Part shown: in pieces, positions 11,960-24,336 of the stretch | Position numbering within the stretch: the stretch's first letter is position 1 | Layout: each line of letters begins with the position of its first letter | NCBI RefSeq assembly: GCF_020745735.1 | Contig: NC_083427.1 | Location: 3,069,438-3,133,437 of the forward strand | DNA length: 64,000 nucleotides | Direction: 5' to 3' | DNA from: Hemiscyllium ocellatum | Taxonomy: Eukaryota | Program-made: the position numbers and the translations under genes | Notes under the pieces: generated by a model | The model's input: the letters and a program-made list of their open reading frames with translations, nothing else | Database searches by the model: none | What the model was told of the DNA's origin: nothing

Positions 11960-12415
11960 GAATTTTGATACCAAGATCCAGAATAGTGTCCTTCTCAATT
12001 GTCGACGATTTCAGTTGATGTATGTTGAATTTCATGGAGAAATACCGCACAGGTGTTTTAATCCTGCCGCCGTCTTGCTGTAAGAGTAAAGCACCGAAAC
12101 CCAAATGATTTGCATCGAAAGCCAATTTGATTGGCTTTGCATAATTAGGTGTAGCAAATAGTGGATAATGGTTAACACAGCTTTCAGACTATCAAATACA
12201 TTCTGACAGTCTGCTGCCAACTGGAAATTTCCATATTTCTTCAGTTATTCAGTGAGTGGAGTAGCCACACTACTAAACTTTGGTACAAATTTCCATAAAA
12301 TCCGTCCAATCCCAGGAATCGTTGTAATACTCTTTTTGTCAATTATATGGGAAATTCCCCAATAGTCTTTGTTTTTGTATCCTGCGTGGGCGTTTGTCCA
12401 TGTCCAATGACATTT
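11960..12415 (-). mobile_element. Gypsy RT C-terminus / RNase H fragment of a second Gmr1-like copy
   Basis: VIGHGQTPTQDTKTKTIGEFP..TKRVLQRFLGLDGFY.KFVPKFSSVATPLT...KLAFDANHLGFGALLLQQDG...PVRYFSMKFNIHQLKSSTIEK (partly ORF 11790-12125). Confidence 0.85.
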
Positions 12416-12419
12416 TTTA

Positions 12420-14900
12420 AATTAGCCTATGAAAACACCTCGTGTATATCCCCTGGAGTCCAGGGGACTTATCTATCTTCATTTTTTTTTAAAATTTCCA
12501 GCGCATCCTTCTTCTCAACATCAATCTGTTTGAGCTGCGCAGACTGTTTCACACTGTCCTCACAAACGACAAGGTCCTTTTCACGAGTGAATACTGATGC
12601 AAAGTATTCATTAAGGACCTCACCTACCTACGCCGACTCCAGGCACAAGTTCCTTCCACTATTCCTGATCGGCCTGACTCTCACTCCTCTTATTCCTCGC
12701 ATAAGCATAGAAGCTGTGGGATTTTCCTTGATGTTACCGCCAAGGCTTTTTCATGCCCCATTCCTAACTCACTCTTTAAATCCTTCTTAGCTAATCTGTA
12801 ACTCTCCATTCCCTCATCGGAACCATCTTGTCTCAACTTCACATAAGTCTTGTCTTCTGCTTAACAAGCGATACAATTTCTTTAGTAAACAACGGTTACC
12901 TTACCTTATCTCTTCCTCCCTACCTGACCAGGACATACCTATCAAGGACACGCAATGTCTGTTTCTTAAATCAGCTCCACACTTCGATTGTCCCCATTTT
13001 GGTAGCCCATTCTATGCCTCCTAAATCTTGCCTAATCGTATTATAATTGCCTTTCCTCCAGCTGTAACTCGAGCCCTGTGGCATGTACCTGTCCCTTTCC
13101 ATCGCTAAACTAAACATAACTGAATTTTGATCACTCTCTCCAAAGTGCTCACTACCATTAATCAAACACCTGGCCTGCTTCATTACCAAGTGCCAGATGC
13201 AGTTTGGCCTCCCGTCTGGTCTGCCCTCGACGCACTGTGTCAGGAAACTCTCCTGCACACTTTGGACAAAAGCTGATCCATCCGACGTACTAGTTATAGC
13301 ATTTCCTGTCAATGTTGGGGAAGTTAAAGTTCCCCATAATGACCACCCTATTCCTTTCCCTCCTGCCTAGATCTTTTTGCCAATCCTCTCCTCCACCCTT
13401 TGCGAAGGCCTATAAAAATCTCCCAGCAGTGTGAACTCTCCTCCTGCTTCTAACCTCAGCCCATACCACCTCAGTAGACAAGTCCTCGTCAAAATTTCTT
13501 TCATCCACCGTTATACTGTTCTTGACTAACAAAGCTACACCTCCCCACTTTTACCGCCTTCCCTGGTCTTAATGAAAGATCTAAACCCTGGAACCTACAA
13601 AATCTATTCATGCTTCATCCATGTCTCCGAAATGGCCACAATATCGAAGTCCCAGGTACCTATCCATGCTGCACGCTAACCTGCCTTATTCTGGACACTC
13701 CTGCCATTGAAGTCGACACACTTCAACTCAGCTTGCTGTCTGCAAACACACTCTTGTCGCCTCCCTAATATCATCCTCTTATGCACTGGATCTACACCTT
13801 TGGTTCTCATCCCCCGCTGAGCTCATTTAAACCTACCTCAATAGCACTAGCAAAGCTCCAACTCAGGATATTAGTGCCCCTCTGGTTCAAGTGAAGACTG
13901 TCTTTTTTGTAGAGGCACAGCCTTCCCCAGAATGAACCCCAATTATCCATATGCCTGAAACCTTGCCTCCTGCACCATGCCTGCAGCCACTTGTGCAGCT
14001 GATATCTCGCCCTGTTCCTCGTCTCACTATTACGTGGCATGAGTAACAATCCAGAGACAGCAACTCTGTTTTTTCTAGCTCTTAGTTTCCACCTTAGCTC
14101 CCTGAACTCTTGCCTTACATCCCTATTCCACTTTCTAGCTTTGTCATTCGTACCTATGTTGAGTACGACTTGGGGCTGGTCACCCTCTCCCTTCAAGACC
14201 TCAAATACATGACTCGAGACATCAAGGACCCTGGCACCTGGAAAGCAACACACCAACAGTCAGTCTGTTCCATTCCCAACAAACCTTCTATCTGACCCTC
14301 TAACTGTTGTGTTCCCAATGACGAAGACTCTCCTCCTTTCTCTGTTTCCCTTCCGTGAAACAGGGACAGACCGTGCCAGAGACCTGCATCTCAACTCATG
14401 ACCCTAGTAAGTCATCCCCCGAACAGCATACAAAACGGTATATTTGTTATTCAGGGAAATGACCACGTGGGATTCCAGCTCTGACTGTTTTCCCACTTCT
14501 AACAGTTACCCAGCTTTCTTTTTGCTTAGGAAAAACTACTTCCCTGCAACTCTTATCTATCACAGACTCTGCCTTCCGAATGATGTGGCTGTCATTCAGC
14601 TCCTGCTCCAGTTCCCTAACGCAGACTTGGAGGCGCAAGAGTTGGGTGCACCTCCTGCGAATGTACTTTGACGGGACACTAATGACGTCCCTCACCTCAA
14701 ACATCATGCAGAAGGAATATTCCTCTCCCTCTACTGCCATCCCTGGTCGTCCCCTTTTCAGGAAGTAAAAAAGAAGAGGAGCGTACCTGATGTGTCCCTG
14801 GTGTTTAAGTTTGGAGGAGGTGGATGGGTAGAAAGCCCTATAAGGGTATGGATTGAGCTCTGAAAACACTCATTATATAGCTGAGCGGGAAAAAAAGTCC
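12420..14900 (-). mobile_element. CR1 LINE with ORF1 (Zn-finger/coiled coil plus SGNH esterase) and decayed 5' ORF2
   Basis: ORF 14447-14869 (RELEQELND..IIRKAESVID), ORF 13807-14256 (CCFPGARV, IGTND, DSLHLN) and ORF 12971-13312 (endonuclease C-terminal part). Confidence 0.9.
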
Positions 14901-14940
14901 CTTCTTTCCCAGAAATCTCTGATCTCTGAAGTCAGCTTTT

Positions 14941-15143
14941 AAAGATTTAAATTAGTGGCTCATCTTTCCCGACAGGTCCCTGGTCCAAGGTCCCACTCTT
15001 CCTGCTGCTGAAAATAGAAAGGCAGGGCTCCGACGCTTGAGGTAAATTCTCAAAGATTTAAATTAGTGGTTCGCCCTTTCCTGACAGGCCATTGGCCCAA
15101 GCTCCCGCTCTTCCTGCTGCTGAAAGCAGAACTGGAGGGCTCC
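14941..15143. repeat. Imperfect direct repeat, two copies of about 91 bp with period about 111 bp
   Basis: aaagatttaaattagtgg..cc.gacagg.c..tgg.ccaag.tccc.ctcttcctgctgctgaaa...gggctcc at 14941-15031 and 15052-15143. Confidence 0.85.
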
Positions 15144-15219
15144 ATTTGTTGAATTCACCCATCACAACTCTGTTACTTTTGCACCTTTCCAAAACATGAC
15201 TTGCAATCTGCTCCTCCGT

Positions 15220-16320
15220 GTCTCTGTTGCTATTGGGAGGTCGATGGAAAACTCACAATAAACTGACTGCTCCTTTCCTGTTTCTGACTTACACGCACAC
15301 CGACTCAGTTGACAAACACTCCTCGACGACCTCGCTTTGTGTGGCTGTTATATTATCTCTGAATAGCAATGACATTCCCCTACTTCTTTTACCTCCCTCC
15401 CTATTCCTTTTGAAACATTTCAACCCCGGAACATCTGACAACTATTCCTGCCCCTGAAATATCCAAGTCTCCGTCATGGCCACAACATCGTAGCTCTAAG
15501 TACTGATCCTTTCTCTCAGTTCATCACCTTTACATGTGACATTGAATGCGTTAAAATAGACACACTTCAACCCATCACACTGACTGCAGCTTTGCCCTTT
15601 CAACTGCATATCCTTCCTCACGGACACTCTGCACACTGTTTCTGTTCACCAGCTAAATATCCTTTGATTCACAGCCCTTGTTCCCATTCCTCTGCCAAAC
15701 TAGGTTAAACCCTCGCGAAGAGCCCAAGCAAACATCTCGCCCACGATACTGCACTCCAATGCAAGTGCAACACGTCCTCCTTGTACGTCCTCCCAATGAT
15801 CTACATATCTGAACACCTCCCTGCTACACGAACCTGTAGCCACATGCTCAGCTGCACTCGGTCTCTGTTCCTACCCTCGCCTGTGACACCGATAGCAACC
15901 TTGAGATTACTACTCTGCTCTCCTTTCTTTTACCTTCCAACCTAACTCCCTGTATTCACTTTTCAGGCCCTCATCGTTTTTCCTAGCTATATTATTGGTA
16001 CCAATGTGTACCACGACTTGTGGCTACTCATCCCCTCCCGCTTAAGAATCCTGTACACTTGATCTGAGAGATCACCTACTCAGGTACCCGGAAAACAACA
16101 TACCATCTGGGCGTCTCCATCGCAACCATAGAATCTCCTGTCTGTTCTTCTAACCATTGAATCTCCTATGACTATCACTGCTTTCCCTTGGTAGGTCAAC
16201 TCTCCTTCAAACCCTCCCCTCAAAAAAAACAGAATACAAATCGGTGTACTTGTTATGGAGGCGAATGGCCACAGGGGTTCCATGTACTGTCTGCCTATTC
16301 CCTTTCCCTCTCCTGAAGGT
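15220..16320 (-). mobile_element. CR1 LINE fragment (ORF1 esterase to ORF2 endonuclease start)
   Basis: ORF 16080-16283 has VIGDSMVR..DRRFYG..DAQMVCCFPG; downstream sequence parallels 27500-28400. Confidence 0.85.
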
Positions 16321-16394
16321 CACCCACACAAAAAGTTTAATTCTCATCTCTCTCCCTCTTGCACCATCTCTGCAGTTGCAACACTAAAATCTGT

Positions 16395-16505
16395 TCCGTT
16401 ATCCCGGTGTACTCTGTTTGCTATGATCTGCCTGGATAGCATGCAAACCCGACATTTTACTGTATCTTCGTACACATGACAACAATAAATCGATCAATCA
16501 ATCAA
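16395..16505 (+). mobile_element. LINE/SINE 3' tail fragment (L2/Rex-like)
   Basis: tgcctggatagcatgcaaa...ttttactgtatcttcgtacacatgacaacaataaatcgatcaatcaatcaa: poly(A) signal followed by a (TCAA)n tail. Family assignment is from recall. Confidence 0.45.
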
Positions 16506-17529
16506 TTTTGGAAATGGCAGCAATGTGCACGTGGAGCCTAAGATCAGTGGTGATCATGCTCAATGTCTGAACAGGTTGGACCAGATGTATGTTCTACCCT
16601 ATTTTCTCTCTGTCGTCTCCTGGTGCTTTTCTGTCCTCGTTGAACAAATCATTGTCTTAATCCAAAGTTGTTCTCTCTGCCTGGTTACTTCACTTTGGCC
16701 CTGAAATATTATTGACTAAATTACATGATTAAATTTTTAAAATAAGCCCACGAAAATGCTCACTCTGAAAAACCATGCAGAAATATAAAGCAAACCTAAA
16801 CTTGCTCTTACCTTCAGTGGTAATCTAAAACTAACCTTCTCGTACTTGGCACACAGTTCATTTTTTCAACATAAGTTATTTTCAACATCATTGGTTCCGA
16901 TCCTACAAGCGATCAATACCAAACCTACCCGTTTGTTGCAAACTTTCGACACAGTCCTTCTTAATATCATAATTAGTGCTTAGCAGCCTCAAAACGACTC
17001 CAGTCAGATGAACCACATATTTGATTGATCCAAGAGATATCCAACAATGCATGTTGCGTGATCAGAAGTGATGCACAGCATTAAATCAATGCAACAATTA
17101 GCAGTTTTATTTCATGTTTAATAAACAATTTCCATTTGACCTGCAACTGTACAACAGTATGTTTGTTTCGTTGGTACAAATCAAGATCTCATGGCTGCAA
17201 CCAACTTATCACATAACTAGGAAATGCATGTTTAATTCAAAAGTTTCTAGAAACAATTTCGGTAAATGTTGATGTTTGTTTTATTCTGCTCAGGCATGTT
17301 ACCAATCAGGAAATTGGAATACCTTTGCAGGAAACTGACTTTGAGTATAATGGGACCGTATATCAGAAGTCAAGTTTCAGCAGGTTAGAAAGATTTTCTC
17401 ACTGTGTAAGTTCATGTGTCAGTAAATTGGAACTCTTGTTTCTCGACATGAGTCAACAGATCATTGATTCTTGTATTTGCAATACACAGAGAGATAATAG
17501 GATGAAGCAGACAGGGTTTCTTTATTTCT

Positions 17530-18430
17530 TCATTTACCTAATTTTCTTAATACTTTCAGGGGATATTCCACAATACTCTTAATCTCTTCCCTGAATTTTC
17601 TTTGAGTCACTGAATAAATAAACATGTTTGTGCAACAACTGAGCATATGTAACATGTTTGCACTTTCTTGCAGAATAAACTTGGGGTCACTGAAGCTTTT
17701 GATGTTGTAATTATTTGTAAATCTGTCATAAAAGAACTGCACAACGTAAGCCATCCACAAAAGAATGAAACTTCCAGAAATAGCGAAAAGTAAAACAATG
17801 GACTTCCTCCGGTTCTCTATTTCTGGGTCAGTTGAATCTTCCCTATTATTCTGAGTCCGCAGTCTCCTTTGGGCAGCACTGCTCACGAGAATATGCCTGA
17901 CAGTCAGAGCATTGAACAAAATAATCAGAATGAACGAGAGGCAGGGTGTTAAAATACGATCAGAACAATCAAACACTGTCCACGCTGTTGAGGTGTAACG
18001 AGTTTCCTTCTGTCTACAATACCGGGGATATTATCAATTACACAGATGGGCTCATGTAGAAAATACCAGGGAACACTTTACAAACATCCCAGTGCACAAC
18101 CAAACCCTATAACAAATGTTGCAGTTTTTTCAATGCTGTATTTTAATTTCAGCTTCTGACAACAAATAGCTACAAATCTGTCAAAGGTGAAAGCCACCGT
18201 TAACCAGACAGAACTGTCTCTCATTGCATGAATCAATGCAATGCTGAGGCTACACAAGGGAGTAATTAACAGAAAACTTCCTGGCGAATAAATGCCAGGA
18301 ATACGATTCATTATCACTGCAGTAATAATGACCAGGAGATCCATCACTGCCATGGACAACAAGTACTGAGTGATACATAGGGAAAGACCACATCTTCCTC
18401 GTGCCAGGATCACGATAGCCACTAAATTAG
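17530..18430 (-). pseudogene. GPR139-like class A GPCR pseudogene, exon 2 (TM1 end to C-terminus)
   Basis: Acceptor ttttcttatctgtttcAG| (AG at 18432-18431). ANLVAIVILARGRCGLS..YLLSMAVMDLLV..SVWLTVAFTFDRFVAICC..; TAA at 18080-18078; 1-nt frameshift at about 18023-18027; then RILTPCLSF..NALTVRHIL..DPEIENRRKSIVLLFAISGSFILLW..SCCTNMFIYSVTQRKFREEIK. Confidence 0.9.
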
Positions 18431-18574
18431 CTGAAACAGATAAGAAAAGTTACCTGATAGACTGACACGAGTAATAATGCGTAAAATTTGTAGCTGCAAA
18501 ATTTGAAGTGATCAGTACTGTTTTAATTCAAGCTCGTTAAAAGTGAGATAACTCGAGTTGAAAGTCTATATGTT

Positions 18575-20585
18575 CCTGTGAGGATGAAGCACATGTTTGT
18601 TAGGAATGTGGAACCCTGGATAACGAGAGATTTTGAGGATTTGATAAGAAAAAAGAAGAAAGTATGGCTTACGTACAGGCAGCTTGATTAAGGGAATCAT
18701 TGAATGGATATAGGGGATACAAGAGTTTTCTGAAGAAGGAAATCAGGAAGGTGAAAAGGAGGCACAAGATTGCCTTGGTTCAAAAGATTAGGGTGAATCC
18801 AGAGAGGCTGTTTAAGTCTATGAATGGAAAAAGATTAACTAGAGAAAGAATATGTCCGCTCAAGGAGTTTAGTGGGCTTGTATGTATAGAACCGCAGGAG
18901 ATAGGTGAAATTATCAATGAATATTTCTCGTCTGTGTTGATACCAAAAATGACATGAAGTCTTGGGAACGTAAGGAAGTTAATGGTCATTTCTTGGGGAC
19001 AATCACTATCACTGTAGAGGAGGTTTTGGATTTATGAGAATGTATGAATGCCAATAAATCTCCTGGTCCTCACCATAAATATTCTAAGGCTCTACAAGAT
19101 ACTGGAGAAGAACTTGCAGGGGCCTAGGATGACATTTTTACGTTATCGTTCGCCAAAGGTGACATCGTAGAAGATCGAGGTTAGCGAATGCTATGCCTTT
19201 ATTCAAGAAGGGCTGCAACAAAAGCTTGGGAGCTATAGACCAGTAAGCCTAACATCTGTGCTGGGTCAGTTACTTGAGAAGATTCTGAGAAATAAGATAT
19301 ACATGCATTTTGAAAGACAGAGTTAGATTAGAAATAGTCTGGAAGGATTTGTGCATGGGAAAGCATGCCCCACAAATTTGTTATAGTTGTTTGATGAAGT
19401 GCCCAGGAAGTTTGAGGAGGGCAGGACGGTGAACATCGTCTATATCGATTTCAGTAAGGCCTTTGATAAGGTTTCACATGGTAGACTACTGTGGAAAGTG
19501 AGAATGCATGGAATTCAGGGAGAGCTGGTAAATTGGATACACAATTGGCTTGATTGTAGGAAGCAGAGGGTAACAGTGGAAGAATGCTTGCCGGGCTGGT
19601 GGCCTGTGTCTCGTACGTTGGTGATTGGCCCATTACTTTTTGTTATCTATGTCAATGGTTTGGATGAGAATGTAGAAGGCATGATTAGAAGTTTGCAGAT
19701 GACACTAAAACAGGCAGTATTGTGACAATGAGGAAGGTTATCAAAAATTGCAGCAGGAGCTTGATCAGCTGGAAAAGTGAGCTGAAAATGGGAAGCGTAA
19801 TTGAATATACATAACCATGAGATTTCGTCTTTTGTAAAGTCAAATCAAGGTAGGAGTTTCATGACAAATGGTACGTCTTTAAGGAGTGCAGTGGAACAGA
19901 GGTAGCTTGGAGTTCATGTTCACAGTTCTCTGAAAGTGGGCAGTGAAGAAATTTTTGGTGTACTGGCCTTCATCACTCAGGGTGACATCATTGTGTATCG
20001 AAGTCGGGAAGTTATGTTGTGGTTGTAGAGAATGTTGGTGAGGCCACACACGGAGTATTGTGCATCTTGCCAGAGGAAGGATGTTATTAAACTGGAAAGT
20101 GTGCAGACGAAATGTACAAGGATTCTGCCAGGACTCAGCGGCCTGAGTTATAGGAAGAGGCTGGACAAACTGAGACTTCTTTTCTTTAGGGCGTAGGAGA
20201 CCGAGGCTGATCTTTAGATGTGTATAAGATCATGAGAGACATGAATATGATGAATGCCCTGAGTCTTTTTCCAAGTGTTGGTGAATTGCAGACAAGGGGC
20301 CATCATTTTAAGGTGAGGGGGAAAGAATGAAGGTAACCTGACGGACAGCTCTTTTACACAGAGGATGGTATGCATATGAATAAACTGCCAGTGGAAGTGG
20401 TTGAGGTTGGTACATTAACAACATTTAAAAGTCATTTGGACAAATAATGGATAGGAAAGTTTTCGAAGTATGTTGTCCAAGTGCAAGGGAATGGTGTTAA
20501 CATAGTTGGAAGTTTTGGTCGGCATGGACCAGTTTTGTCCAAAGGTCCTGTCTCAGTGATATAGGACATATGGCTCTATGACTAC
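18575..20585 (+). mobile_element. Decayed 5'-truncated CR1 LINE in the GPCR intron
   Basis: ORFs 18700-18957 and 19387-19725 (IDFSKAFDKVSHGRL); tail ctctatgact at about 20575. Confidence 0.9.
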
Positions 20586-21424
20586 ACATCATCTCATAAA
20601 AAAGAAATATATCAAAATATCCAACAGTTTTACTTGTTATTCTTGTGGTGCTTAGAAGTATGAATAATTATTACAGTCAGATTTACACTAATTAATTTTT
20701 AAAACTACCTCAGGTTCAACAAACTAACAATGAAATTTAATTCAAAACAATTTTAAATTACTAACAGGAAAAAATGGTAATTGCTGCAGAATGTATGGAG
20801 AGAGAAGCAGGGTTTGATTCCGAGTCCAGTGACTCATATTAGGAATATTCCTCTGAAATTCATATTTCAGTGAATGAAATATATTTAAGGTATATTCATG
20901 GTGATTCAACCGCTGACAGATCTTTGAGAGAATTGAGCCAGTATGCATTGGCTGTTGCCAACAACTATGTCTTTTTTGTGAACATTGTCCCAGAAAACAT
21001 GAAAATAATTTTGTTTGAATATTCATGGTTTTGGATAGTCTTCATAAATGTCATTATTAATAAGTATCAAAACCCTGGGACACTGGTTGATAAAATTTCA
21101 TGGAGGATCTATTTTTTTTCACAAGGCAATACGTTGTCAATACTGAATATGTGAGCATTTCAAAAAAACAAATTCACCAATCTGAGGTGAAACAATTGCA
21201 GACTTTTGTAGGACTGATAAGATAGAACACATATCTTTTGCATTATCGTTTCAAATGCATGCTTGAGCAAATTGAAGCTGTTTATCACATAAATCGAAAC
21301 TAATGAAGATTAAGAATTAAGAGATCATGTTGGTTGGCTCCGGTTTCAAATGACAAGGGAGCATTAAAAGTGAAAAACCCAAGATCCATGAATGGTGCAA
21401 GGATTCGATTGAGCTTAGCTCATA

Positions 21425-22870
21425 GATTTGACCACGAGGCTGGTGTGGTTCATCAAGTGGAATTATTATTTCGTCTTCCTCTGTTGTGGTGTATCTGATG
21501 ATGTTGAGGATGACAAAATAATGAATTCATTTGATGTAACAGTGCTCTTTCCATCTATCGACATCGACATAGCCAAAAGTACCATTTCCACATTATTGGG
21601 CAAACTGGTTACTAGGATACCCAATGACACCCGCAGCATCAACAAGAACAGCATGTTAAAATTACCGGACCTATGCCTGACTACTCACTTTATATTCAAT
21701 GGACAGGTTTATAGAAAAATCAATGGTATGCCAATGGGGTCACCGATATCAGGCTGAGAGCAGAAGCAGTAATGCGAGGCTTGGAACGGACCACCCCTCC
21801 CCAAGTTCCAACCCAAACTCTGGACCCGGTGTACAGATGACACTTTTATCATCACTGAACTTACACAACTGAAAGGATCCTACTAGCAAATGACTAGCAT
21901 CCTCACCAGAAGAAAATTCACTAAAGAAGAAGAAAACAACAACTGATTCATCTTCCTGAATGTGTTAGTGGAACGCACACCGACCAGTGAACTCCACACC
22001 AGTGTGGACAGGAAGAATATACATACAGATCAAATACTGAACTATAACAGCAACTATCCAAACACCTACAAACGAAACTGCATTAGAAAACAATTTAAAT
22101 GAGCAAGAACACACTGAAGCAACACACTGCTCCAGAAGGCACAACAGGAACACCTGTTCAAGGGATTTAAATGAAACGGCTACCCCAGAATTACTATCCT
22201 CACATACTTATGCAACTAACCTAAAGAAGAAAACACTATATGACCAGATGCGATAGTGACCATACCGTAAATCAAAGAAATGTCAGAAATGATTACCTGA
22301 CTACTCAGATTCCTTGGAATATTTGTGGTCCACAGAGCAGTAAACACCTTTCACCAGCTCCTCACAAAGTTTAAAGATCCAACACCCACATCCAACAGGA
22401 CGAACGTTATCCACAAGATGCCCTGCTAGCACTGTGAAAAACACTACATAGGAAAAACAGGAAGAAAACTGACCGTACTGGTGCATGAACGTCAACTCAC
22501 GACTGCCAGACACGATTAGTACTCTCTCATTTCCAACCACACAGAATGCAAAGGGCACAGACTCAACTGGGGCCATGTATCCATCCGAGCTCAGGCAAAA
22601 CAGATACATGCGTGAGGCTTCATTGAAGCCTGGCATTCCAACTAGAACTGAATCAATAAACACATTGAACTGGACACCAAACACAAACCACTACGATACA
22701 GAATTTGAAGTTCCAAAAAACAGAGACGTAACTGCCAAGTGGGACTGAGCATCAACACTGTGTCAAAGATGCACTGACGATATCACTATGCGAGACGACA
22801 CAATGTCTGCAGAAAACCACACCAGCTCAACAAACAAATCTACGACCTCATGCACAACCCAGGCCACAAA
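21425..22870 (+). mobile_element. Penelope-like retroelement (RT and GIY-YIG), decayed, in the GPCR intron
   Basis: SFDVTVLFPSI, GQVYRKINGMPMGSPISG, LWTRCTDDTFII, NVIHKMPC*HCEKHYIGKTGRKL; terminal segment actgacgatatcac...acaatgtctgc. Confidence 0.9.
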
Positions 22871-23991
22871 TACTTTCAAAACCTATTTGAAGAAGTCTTT
22901 AGGATGTGGTCTCTGGGGTGAGAAATTTTCAGCATTCAACCATAAGTGGAAATTTTGCATGTGAACCGAGAGAAAAAAAAAATAGGACATTTGGGACCCT
23001 AAGATGCATCTTTTTGGGAAAGATGAAGCAATGATTGCAATCTCTTCTTTTATTGTAATGAATGTTTTGAGATTTAATTTGCTATGAATAATTCCAATCT
23101 TTAAGATCAGATTCAATTTTCAGCAGTCAGTATTTTACATAATCAGTTGTTCATTTATATTATGTCTAAGAAGACAGCAGAGTATTAAGTAACTTCAATC
23201 ATAATACTGCAAAAAGCCCTTCCGAATGCATGGCTGTCGATAATTTGTTTATCGAGAGCAATGTTTTAAATGTCAACAAAAGCAAAATAACAATTGTATA
23301 TCAATCATAGGCAAACGTCTGTTACCTACGTTTCTATGTTATTCCTACACTCATGTCTATCAACTAATGTTTTGTTACTTTCACATGCAATGCTTAATTC
23401 TGCAGATCAGGTTGCAAATCATCAGCTTCCATTCACACTCCTAAAACTAGTGGTGCTGGTATTGGCGAGAAGGACAGTTGCTACATTTTACAAAACGCTC
23501 AAGGTAACTGCTTGTTTGAAAGACAATAAACAAGATAATTACAAGTGAACAGGGCCAGTCTATTCAATCCTTTGAATCTGTTCTCCTGCTGAGTTACACA
23601 AAGGAGATGTCTAGAAAGCTCTATTCACCCACCCAGATCTCAAATCCAGGACCGTTTTCGCCAAAAGAAGTCATTGTGATTTTTAACGTATTATATTGAA
23701 CGTCAGCCTCAATTGCTGAACTGTGGGAGACCAGTAAAACGAAGACTTCGTGTGACAACAGGAAAAACTGCGGTTGCTGTTAAGCAGAAACAAAAGGCGA
23801 AGTTCCTGGAAATGCTCAGCAGGTTTTAGTATGAAAATGTGTATTATGAGATGATGACTGGGTGTCTGAACTCGAACTTGAAGTCAATAGCATTGATTTT
23901 CCAGGTTATTCAGTAACATAATTGCATTTCATTCTTTATATTCTTCTTGTTTCCCGAACGTTGTTAACCACGTGTTTTATACTTTTTTTCG

Positions 23992-24025
23992 CGGGGGGGG
24001 GGGGGGGGGGGGGAGGCGGTGGGGG
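23992..24025 (+). repeat. Poly-G run
   Basis: gc followed by about 21 G, then aggcggtggggg. Confidence 0.9.
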
Positions 24026-24336
24026 AATGGCAAGGGTGCAAAAGAGAACTGCCCCAGCTGGTACACAGATTCAGCCGATAATACTGACGTTATTCTGCAA
24101 CAGATTCTACCACGTAACTGTGAACTAACCGACATCCGATTCATTACATTCATCTACACCCAATATTTCAAAGTACATTTATGAACTTTCATTCATAAAT
24201 TAGTCCTCTAATTTCCGTATTATTCCCGTGAATAATCTCCTGCGAGGTGTATAATCAGAGCTGAATGCCAGCGATTTAACATTGAAATAAAACCCGACTT
24301 TCGATCATAAAATGACTAATTGCTGCAATACTTTAC

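Noticed and set aside
18431-18453. Apparent GT..AG pair directly upstream of GPCR exon 2 suggesting an adjacent exon 1
   Set aside because: 23 nt is too short for a spliceosomal intron, and a family-typical exon 1 is found at 24337-24406.
23922-24184. Gly-rich ORFs
   Set aside because: The glycine run comes from the poly-G tract; no other support.
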